A program made the position numbers and the translations under genes. Below the pieces are notes generated by a model. That model saw only the letters and a program-made list of their open reading frames with translations. It did no database searches and was not told where the DNA came from. Of a stretch of DNA of 15,274 bases, positions 1 to 8,084 are shown one piece after another. Numbering within the stretch: the first letter of the stretch is position 1; the number at the start of each line of letters is the position of its first letter. The stretch comes from Octopus sinensis (lineage: Eukaryota). The DNA is taken from the NCBI RefSeq assembly GCF_006345805.1, contig NW_021825530.1:1-15274 (forward strand). Reading direction: 5' to 3'.

Positions 1-28
1 GTTATGTCTGTATGTTGTCGATATCCGT

Positions 29-68
29 TTTAATTATGTAACTGTATCTTTAATTATGTAACTGTATC
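29..68. repeat. Perfect 20-bp tandem duplication (TTTAATTATGTAACTGTATC x2)
   Basis: 29-48 and 49-68 are identical, read directly. Confidence 0.95.
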
Positions 69-686
69 AAGGAATTGCTTTTTAAGAAACAAAACAATAA
101 CCCCGGAATACAGCGATGAGTTACGAAAGAGTTACACGTTCAAAGAAATTACAAATAAATTAAATATATTTTAATGCATTTTACTCTTTACTATTAAGCG
201 TTCATCGATAATCGGCCTTTATTCACTCATTGTTCATTAACGTGTGTGTAATCTGACTGTTGAAGCTTACTTACGTGTAAAGGGAGATAAACGTTATCGT
301 AACGTTGCCCTATATTTTCCTGACCTGCTTTGGCGCATGCGCAGTTACATTAATAATAATACGTGACTAATAATACGACACCAAAAATTTATCTGAGTGT
401 ATTTCTTTTTCTAGAAAATTCTATTGTTGTTTTTGGTCTAAGCTGGGTCTCATTGCTCTCAGATATAGGAGCGACAGAAAAATCTCCTATGATTTACGCG
501 GCCATTGATATGGCGATAATAAAGTTGAGCAGACAATATTGGTGTCATCATCTAGCTAGTGTTTTACTGTTGTAGTTATCATCAGGGATCGAACCTGTGC
601 ACCCCGCATTTACTATTGAAACGTTTCTCAAGAATGGTGAACCTAAGCTTTCTTTTTATGCCGCAAGGTTTATTATTTAAGACATC

Positions 687-717
<31 letters not shown>

Positions 718-723
718 TATATA

Positions 724-796
<73 letters not shown>
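687..796. repeat. (TA)n microsatellite with interruptions
   Basis: Direct reading. It abuts the SINE head at 797. Confidence 0.97.
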
Positions 797-797
<1 letters not shown>

Positions 798-957
798 GAA
801 GGGCTTCCTCCAATTTCCGGCTACCAACTGCACACGCAATGCTTTGGTCGTCCGACGATAAAGTAAAAAGCACTTGCCCAAGGTGCCAAGCGGTGAGACT
901 GAACTCTGAACCGTGTGATTGGGAAACAAACTTCTTGCCATACCAGCACGCCAGTGC
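797..957 (-). mobile_element. tRNA-derived SINE family A, 5' half (CORE-like GGCACCTTGGGCAAGTG segment)
   Basis: The minus strand has an A-box-like start, a B-box-like GAGTTCAGTCTC (rc of 895-906) and then GGCACCTTGGGCAAGTG, which resembles the MIR/CORE-SINE motif. It aligns by eye with the second copy at 8087-8210. Confidence 0.85.
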
Positions 958-1078
958 TTATTGTGTAACTGGTGTGCAAACTATATTAAAACGCTGATCA
1001 CATTCAAAGAGAAAGAGTTTTCTTCTTATACTGAATTGGTGAAGTTTTTTTAGTTTATATCTTCTGAATAAAGGGACC

Positions 1079-1104
1079 GTGTGTGTGTGTGTGTGTGTGT
1101 GTGT
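1079..1104. repeat. (GT)n microsatellite
   Basis: Direct reading. Confidence 0.95.
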
Positions 1105-1168
1105 TTGCATGGTTACATCGAACTTAGTCTTACCTGTGTTTTTTCGTAAGATATATTTCATTTGACAC

Positions 1169-1398
1169 CCTATTTCTTTACTACCCACAAGGGGCTAAAC
1201 ACAGAGGGGACAAACAAAGACAGACAAACGGATTAAGTCGATTACACCGACTCCAGTGCGTAACTGGTACTTAATTTATCGATCCCGAAAGGATGAAAGG
1301 CAAAGTCGACCTCGGCGGAATTTGAACTCAGAAGTAACGGCAGACGAAATACGGCTACGCATTTCGCCCGGCGTGCTAACGTGTCTGCCAGATCGCCG
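1169..1398 (-). mobile_element. tRNA-derived SINE family B, near full length and best-preserved copy
   Basis: Minus strand: TGGCAGACACGTTAGC (A-box-like), GAGTTCAAATTCC (B-box, rc of 1317-1329), then the core GACTTTGCCTTTCATCCTTTCGGGATCGATAAATTAAGTACCAG, which resembles the Meta-domain SINE core from memory. Many diverged copies lie elsewhere in the window. Confidence 0.88.
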
Positions 1399-1489
1399 TC
1401 TTTCATTTGGCAACCATTATTGAACTATTTAGACATGGCAGCAGTTTATTAAAAAAGGGTTGGGTTTAAATCAAAGAGACGATATTGCT

Positions 1490-1585
1490 GGTGGAGATAT
1501 TAAACTAGTCGACTATAGCACGATTTGAACTTAGACCGTTGAGGAAAGATACTATTATATTGAGTCAGTGCTCAACGAGTACTTA
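1490..1585 (-). mobile_element. Diverged SINE family B fragment
   Basis: AGTCGACT...GATTTGAACTTAG matches AGTCGACC...AATTTGAACTCAG of 1169-1398. Confidence 0.5.
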
Positions 1586-1701
1586 TTTTATCAACCCCGA
1601 CATTTTATAGACATGAAGGAAAGCAAAATCGAATTGTGTGAGATTTCAATATAAAGGGACATAACTAACGCATCGCAAGTTGTTTTCTCGCATCTGGTAG
1701 C

Positions 1702-1732
<31 letters not shown>

Positions 1733-1776
1733 TCCCTTACCACTACCGCCACCATCACCATCATCGTCATCACCAT
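1702..1776. repeat. (CAT)10 plus degenerate CAT/CAC triplet tail
   Basis: Direct reading. Confidence 0.93.
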
Positions 1777-1880
1777 CCTTATAATAATGATGTCCAGGTT
1801 TGCCATGAGGGCATTCATAGAAGAACATGTATGTACGAGTATGGGGGAAAACAGTTAATTTGATCTAACCCCATTATATG

Positions 1881-1965
1881 GCTGGTATTTTATTATATTG
1901 TCCCATGAAGGAGGAATGCTAAAGTTAACTGCAGTCGGATTTGAACTTTGACTATTGAGTGACGT
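1881..1965 (-). mobile_element. Diverged SINE family B fragment
   Basis: CTGGTATTTTATT...GAAGGAGGAATGCTAAAGTTAAC...GGATTTGAACT is colinear with 1264-1329. Confidence 0.6.
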
Positions 1966-2438
1966 CAATTCTCTAAATTATTTTCTCCCAATTCTCCAAT
2001 CAACGCCTTTCTATGTTTTTACTTCTTAGCCGGGGTGGGGTGGGGTAGCGCCTATGACCTTTCTTTATCTTTTTACTTCCGAGATGAAAGGGAAATTTTA
2101 ACCGCCAATTGAAGTACCTTCCCTGAATGCATACAACCGAATGAACTCCAGTAATACTGCCCAAGGCCCAGGTTGCGATCTTAAACAAGACCACGGATTA
2201 AGTTTAATGCTATAATGATATAATGAATTGAGTGTTGTGGGGGACGCTGTGCTTGTCCTAATTGCAAGATTTTTCATTGCTTACAATTGTCTCAAGTTAA
2301 AACGTTTAAGTAAATTGAATATATTTGAACGTTGTTGTAGTTAGAGGTAATTGTATATTATATAAGTTTGTATTTATTGTTTATTTATATTATGTTGTGC
2401 AGTTCACAGAGCTCACAAGGCCGAAACAAATACCACGA

Positions 2439-2525
2439 AGTATTTATTTTATCGACTCCCGCCATCCCCGAGAAAAGGAGGAACATCAATGTTATGGCGG
2501 CCGAGATTTGAACTTAGAGAGTGAG
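2439..2525 (-). mobile_element. Diverged SINE family B fragment
   Basis: GTATTTATTTTATCGAC...CCCGAGAAAAGGAGGAA...GAGATTTGAACTTAG is colinear with the family B core and B-box. Confidence 0.55.
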
Positions 2526-3115
2526 AATTTGGAAACAATAGTGTGAAGTATCTCGTCTGATTCTCGCACAATTCCGCCAGGTGGCTGCTTTGGATTAGTT
2601 CCTGTAACATCGCGAAAGACTACTACAGTGATGACATCACCAGGTGGCGATGGATCAAGTCTGCCCCCCACCAACAGGCCTTGACAAGATTTGAGCTCAG
2701 GACACAAAGAGACTGGAACAAAGATGGCGACGTATTTAATGTTCCTCTCAAACAATTCTGCTAATTATCTCCCTTCCTAACACCATTTATTGAATTCGAA
2801 CTTAATCTTTTGTGTGTTCTTTCAACGACCTTGTTCGTTTTTCTTTTTCTACTTGATACAAGTCACTTGGGACCGAAATATCGTGAGAAAAAGAAACGGA
2901 AGAAAAGGAAAGGCATACAACTCACTACATCACATCACCAGATATTTATAACTGAAACTATGCGAGATGAATTACAATATTCTCAGGACAATGGGAATGA
3001 ACTTCCTTATTTTCACATAAAACTTATTTTATGAAGAAAACAACAACAAAAATAAGAGAAAAGAGAGGAAAGAAAATGAGAAAATATTTTCTGCCAATCA
3101 TTCAATACCTTCAAC

Positions 3116-3137
3116 CTACTACTACTATTACTATTAC

Positions 3138-3183
<46 letters not shown>
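3116..3183. repeat. (CTA)n-to-(TAG)n microsatellite with strand switch
   Basis: CTA-type run 3116-3138 followed directly by its reverse complement (TAG)n to 3183. Confidence 0.93.
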
Positions 3184-3346
3184 TTTATTAAGGAAGGAAG
3201 GGAAAATTGTTTCAATCTGTCTTGGTGACAGACTATGCATGTTTTAAATCAATAAAAAGTTTTCAAGTTTTTAATTTATTTTTTTTAAATTTCGGCTTCT
3301 TAACCAAGTCACAAAGGAATACACACACGCACATTCGTCGATGCTT

Positions 3347-3347
<1 letters not shown>

Positions 3348-3385
<38 letters not shown>

Positions 3386-3405
3386 GCTATCTATCTATCT
3401 ATCTG

Positions 3406-3474
<69 letters not shown>
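3348..3474. repeat. (ATCT)n tetranucleotide microsatellite
   Basis: Direct reading. It is followed by a CT-rich low-complexity tract to about 3650. Confidence 0.96.
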
Positions 3475-4038
3475 TTGATCTCTCTCCCTCTCTCTCTCTA
3501 GCTACTAGCTATCTGTCTGTCTGCCTGTCTATTTCACTTCTCTCCCCTTCTCTCTCTCTCTCTCTTTATCTGTCTGTCTGTCTATTTTATCCCCCTCCCC
3601 CCCTCTCTCTCTATATATATATCTATATATTTCTCTGTCTGTCTCTCTGTCCATATTTAAATATATTTCTGAATCACTCCTCTAGTGCCTGACTCAGAGA
3701 GAAAGGGCATTGAAACGAAAGCAGTTGCATCAAATTGCATCATGCATTTAGCAACATACAACGCTGTAAAATTTACTTGACATTTTAGATTTATTTCATA
3801 AAGGTATCAAAATTTTCATCGCACCATTGTGTCTCGATCACGAAGGTAGTTGTAGCAAAGTTGTGTCAATACTCAGGTCGCAGCTGTGCGACGAAATTTT
3901 TGGCACAAAATAAATATAAAATGAATTTAACAGTTTTGGGGTCCTCTTAAGAGTTTTCAACCTAATATTTACTTGCTTTATTTATAGCTTTATCTACTTC
4001 AAGTTCTACAGCTAAAAATGAACTTATCACACACGTGC

Positions 4039-4068
4039 TTTCCTGATGAAGAGCTCGAAGCGTAAAAA
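4039..4068 (+). ncRNA. Degenerate minimal type I hammerhead ribozyme-like motif
   Basis: TTTC-CTGATGA-AGAGCTC-GAAG-CG-TA-AAAA: intact CUGAUGA, self-complementary GAGCTC stem II, GAAG instead of GAAA, CG then UA, and a partial stem I (TTT/AAA). Confidence 0.45.
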
Positions 4069-4137
4069 TCCCATTCTTTTTTTCCACTTTTACTGGGCGT
4101 CATTTTGTTGCTTTTTAATGTTCGATTTCACTATATA

Positions 4138-4160
4138 AATGAATATATATATATATGTGT

Positions 4161-4204
<44 letters not shown>

Positions 4205-4245
4205 TGTGTGTGTAACGTATACACACACGTACACACATATACATA
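4138..4245. repeat. (TA)n-(TG)n-(CA)n compound microsatellite
   Basis: Direct reading. The TG run is followed by a CA run. Confidence 0.92.
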
Positions 4246-4303
4246 CAATAAAAAGTCAGGACATATGAGAGATGAATATATTCAATCACGTGTCATCCTT
4301 AAG

Positions 4304-4525
4304 ATTACGACCGTTTCGTAACCGTCTTCATATAATTATGATTTTAATGCATAATAAATTGTTTCTATGTCTGCACCAATATGCATTATACGCATTATAC
4401 AACTGATTTGTGAATATTTCATTGTATTGTATAATGCGTAACATACTAATTGGTGCAATCCTGTAAACATAGTTTTTTATGCACTGCAATTATTATTACC
4501 TGAAGAAGGATGCGAAACGGGCATA
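4304..4525. repeat. Imperfect palindrome of about 220 bp with hammerhead-like motifs at both outer ends
   Basis: Perfect 14-bp inverted repeat at 4389-4402/4427-4440 (24-nt loop). TGCACCAAT/ATTGGTGCA and CCGTTTCG..CC.TCTTCA (4311-4330 vs 4501-4520) are colinear, roughly 70% identity by eye. Confidence 0.8.
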
Positions 4526-4599
4526 TATATTTTCATAAACCATACAATGCCAGGAGGTATGGGATTTGAATATATTTAACCGTCTGGCATCGTTAGGAT

Positions 4600-4923
4600 T
4601 ACGCCGTTGGTGACAGACCATGCCTTTCTTTTGCTGGGTTTAAATCTCACTTGCGGACTGATGAAAATCCAACCCCCACTGACTAACTACTCTGCTTATC
4701 TATCTGTTCAATGCCGTGTATGCCAGAAGGTCTGCAAACCTAACGGAGGCCTCAAAGGCGTTTTAAGGTCCACAAAGATCAGATCTTAACTGCAGCTCTT
4801 GGTGGTCCAAATCAGATATGCAACAATACATTGTCTGGTTTAAAAAGCTAGACAATGTATGATGGATCTAAGGAGTAAGTACAAGAGGTGGTCAAACTCT
4901 GCATAAGGAGAAGACAACCACCA
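4600..4923 (+). mobile_element. Decayed C2H2 zinc-finger-coding segment, probably the 3' end of an RTE-like LINE
   Basis: With two frameshifts it reads DRPCLSFAGFKSHLRT(D)...VQCRVCQKVCKPNGGLK~(R)FKVH...QICNNTLSGLKS*. This gives C-x2-C-x3-C-x5-L-x2-H-x3-H spacing with some His residues inferred, and no TGEKP linkers. It ends at a (TA)n run. The LINE assignment is inference. Confidence 0.6.
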
Positions 4924-4995
4924 TATATATATATATATATGTGTGTGTGGTGTGTGTGTGTGTGGGGGGGGGGAGTGTGTTGTGTGGTGTGTGTA
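4924..4995. repeat. (TA)n-(GT)n-G10 compound repeat
   Basis: Direct reading. Confidence 0.9.
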
Positions 4996-5708
4996 TAAGT
5001 ACAAATGCACATATGGCCACTAGAAAGCTATAGCTGAATTGGCTACAGCGGTGGTTTGCTGCTACAGAGATGCAAGGAGCTGCTACTGAGATTAATTCCG
5101 GTCTTGGCGAGGTCAGCTAAGGGGAGGAAGGCTGATGATGAGGACAGAACCCGTAATCTTCAAAGACCTCCAAAAGCATAACTGATGATGCGTCCCAGAG
5201 TTTCTATGAAATGTTTCTTGGAGCAGCATATATACAGAAATGAATATATAAAAAACATATATACATACATACACACGCACGCAGGCACGCACCCCCCTCC
5301 CTACATACACAGCTAATGACCTCCAGTTTTCCCATTTCATGCAGACAAACATGAACCTTTAATTATTGAAATCAAATTTGAATTTGCTGACCACTTTTAG
5401 TGAGGAGTATCTTGTGTTCAGAAGAATTTTGAATGCGTTTATTACGAAATCCTAATCCAACGTAGCTATTATCTGCAGCCACTCTCACACACGCACTCAA
5501 GCACAGCGAGGAACGTACATGCATCCATGCGCACGCATATGTATCTAAACCAGGTGGAAGCGTCGCTCCGAAGGTTTCCATCAGGGACAAATCTAGCATG
5601 GAACAGTTTAATGGCTTCCGTAAAATCAATACGGTAGGAAATGCAGAGGGTACTGTGTTCCTTTGTAATAGGTACTTGTGCTTACTACACTACACTTATA
5701 CACGTTCG

Positions 5709-5770
<62 letters not shown>

Positions 5771-5787
5771 CATTTATCTATCAATCA

Positions 5788-5836
<49 letters not shown>

Positions 5837-5911
5837 GCTCTCTCTCTCTCTCTCTCCATCGCTCTCTCTCTCACACCCACACACACACACACACCACACA
5901 CACACACACAC
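5709..5911. repeat. (TCTA)n-(TC)n-(AC)n compound microsatellite
   Basis: Direct reading. It accounts for the YLSI/SLSL/HTHT ORFs. Confidence 0.96.
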
Positions 5912-5923
5912 TTTCTTAATAAC

Positions 5924-6005
5924 AGCTGCAAAGACATCACAAAAACTGTTACTCAGAGTTTCATGTTACCGTTCGTCGGAGAGTCTTGGTTTTGTCGTTG
6001 CAGCT
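5924..6005 (-). ncRNA. Type I hammerhead ribozyme with extended stem I (this copy has a U4C core change)
   Basis: Minus strand: AGCTGCAA-C-GACA-AAACC-AAGACTCT-CCGACGA-ACG(GTAA)CAT-GAAA-CTC(T)GAG-TA-ACAGTTTT-TGTGA-TGTC-T-TTGCAGCT. All three stems, GAAA and the UH site are in exact hammerhead register. Confidence 0.75.
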
Positions 6006-6086
6006 TTATTAATAAAGCATATTATTCTACCTCCGGTTTTCGAGTACTTTTTTCCCACCTTGTTTCACATTTATGAGCTTACTCTG

Positions 6087-6097
6087 ATATATATATG

Positions 6098-6151
<54 letters not shown>

Positions 6152-6270
6152 TATATATTATTATATATATATATATAATATATATATACACATATATATA
6201 TATATACATATATATATATACATATATATATATACATATATATATATTATATTTATTTATATATGTGTTG

Positions 6271-6298
<28 letters not shown>
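6087..6298. repeat. (TA)n/(TACA)n-(GT)n compound microsatellite
   Basis: Direct reading. Confidence 0.96.
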
Positions 6299-6307
<9 letters not shown>

Positions 6308-6496
6308 CATAACTTAATGAAGTACGCACACAGATTTATATCTATAATACACACATATAAATGTATGTACAAAAAGGAAGAAAGAAAGCAATTGATTAGT
6401 TTCCAATAAAATATTTATGAGCAACTTACCCTAAAATTGTCCAACTGTTTGTTTGGTTTCTTTCACGGTTTTTTTCTCCGAATTTCTGTTAGAATA

Positions 6497-6566
6497 TTTA
6501 TATATGTATATATATATATATATATATGTATATGTGTGTGTGCGCGTGCGTATTTATATGTAAGTG

Positions 6567-6621
<55 letters not shown>

Positions 6622-6640
6622 GTAAAGATTATATATATTA
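6497..6640. repeat. (TA)n-(TG)n-(TA)n microsatellite block
   Basis: Direct reading. Confidence 0.94.
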
Positions 6641-6881
6641 ACTTGGTATGTATGTATAAAAACAAATAAAGATATATACACTCTCAAATAAAGAACAAAG
6701 TAATATAAATGATAGTATCGTCAGTAGAATCCAAGGGATTATCTTAATATCGTAATCTCCAATACGGGGTAATCCATAGACATGTCTTTGTTATATTCTT
6801 CACATCCATTCTGGCAGACAGTGTTTCTGATGGTGTTCCTTTAAGCAAAATATATACATTCCTCACACGCATTGATATTCA

Positions 6882-6883
<2 letters not shown>

Positions 6884-6933
<50 letters not shown>

Positions 6934-6939
6934 TATACA

Positions 6940-6980
<41 letters not shown>

Positions 6981-7100
6981 TGTATGTATATTTATGTATG
7001 TATGTATGTATGTAGTAGGTATGGATGTATGTATGTATGTATGTAATGTATGTTGTGTGGTATGTGTGTATATATTTATTATATATTTATGCTTGTATAT
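6884..7100. repeat. (TA)n-(TATG)n microsatellite block
   Basis: Direct reading. Confidence 0.94.
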
Positions 7101-7101
7101 A

Positions 7102-7151
7102 AACTGAAGTACCTCGGTTTCAAATCGCAGCGTCTCTCGAAAGCTTCACTT
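7102..7151 (-). ncRNA. Decayed type I hammerhead-like motif
   Basis: Minus strand: AAGTGAAG-CTTTCGA-GAGACG(CTG)CGATTT-GAAA-CC(GA)GG-TA-CTTCAGTT. Stem I pairs 7/8, stem III is CC/GG, GAAA and UA are exact, and the core differs from CUGANGA at two positions. Confidence 0.45.
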
Positions 7152-7244
7152 GTTTTGGGCACCTGTGTCTTATGGTTGCTGTTTACACACAACTGTTTGA
7201 TCTTTGACTGTGTTTAATGACAGTAATGATAAGTCGTCGGGTTT

Positions 7245-7465
7245 GTTGCTGTTGCTGCTGTTGTAGTATGAGTGTGGTGGTAGTAATGAGGGTGGTGGTG
7301 GTGGTGCTGGGTGAAGGTGGTGGTGGTGGTCGTAATTATTCCGGTTGTGGGAGTGGTAGTAGTGATTAGGGTGATAGGAGCAGCAGTAGTGGTGGTGGTG
7401 GTGATTGTTTCGGCGGGTGTCAGGTTTTCCGCTGAGTGCAGAAATACTGGTGGTGATGGTGTTAG
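7245..7465. repeat. Degenerate (GTG/GTA/GTT)n triplet low-complexity tract
   Basis: Direct reading. It explains the poly-V and poly-T/H ORFs. Confidence 0.88.
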
Positions 7466-7576
7466 TATGACACGTGTAGATTTATACACACAAACACGTT
7501 TATATTTTAAATTTATACAGAGCATACCTAAGCATATCTATATATATGATTATAAATGCATATGGAAGTATGTATA

Positions 7577-7579
<3 letters not shown>

Positions 7580-7636
<57 letters not shown>

Positions 7637-7641
7637 ACACA
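7580..7641. repeat. (CA)n microsatellite
   Basis: Direct reading. Confidence 0.97.
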
Positions 7642-7736
7642 TCAGTTAATGCTCTTAAGTTAGACATAGCCTGGTCCAATCTTCGGTCGAAACATATCAA
7701 AGTTAAGTTATTGTGTATGTGTGTGTGTATCGTTTA

Positions 7737-8042
7737 TCTTTTACTTGTTTCAGTCATTTGACTGCGGCCATAATGGAGCATCGCTTGAATGTTTTTATAG
7801 CCGAATTAATCGACCCTAATACTTGTTTCTAAAGCCTAGTACTTATTCTATCAATCTCTTTTGCCGAACCACTAGGTACGTGGACATAAACACACCAAAA
7901 CTGGTTGTAAAGCAGTGATGAGGTCGGGGACAAATCCGGACAGACACACATATATAAGCCTGTCATACACACACACACCACACACACATATATATTATAT
8001 ATATATATATATATATATTATAACTGAAAGAAGCCTGTCGTA

Positions 8043-8084
<42 letters not shown>

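Noticed and set aside
550-590. CTGATGA on the minus strand as another hammerhead (also at 5132, 5182 and 10001)
   Set aside because: There is no GAAA, stem III or UH in register.
585-600. Perfect B-box GGTTCGATCCC on the minus strand (possible tRNA)
   Set aside because: No A-box at a suitable distance and no cloverleaf could be built.
797-1398. tRNA genes
   Set aside because: The A/B boxes belong to SINE heads that continue into repeat bodies; there are no complete acceptor or anticodon stems.
2032-2045. G-quadruplex
   Set aside because: Only three G4 tracts are present; there is no fourth nearby.
3680-4030. Possible DNA-transposon internal sequence
   Set aside because: No terminal inverted repeats or target-site duplication could be located by eye.
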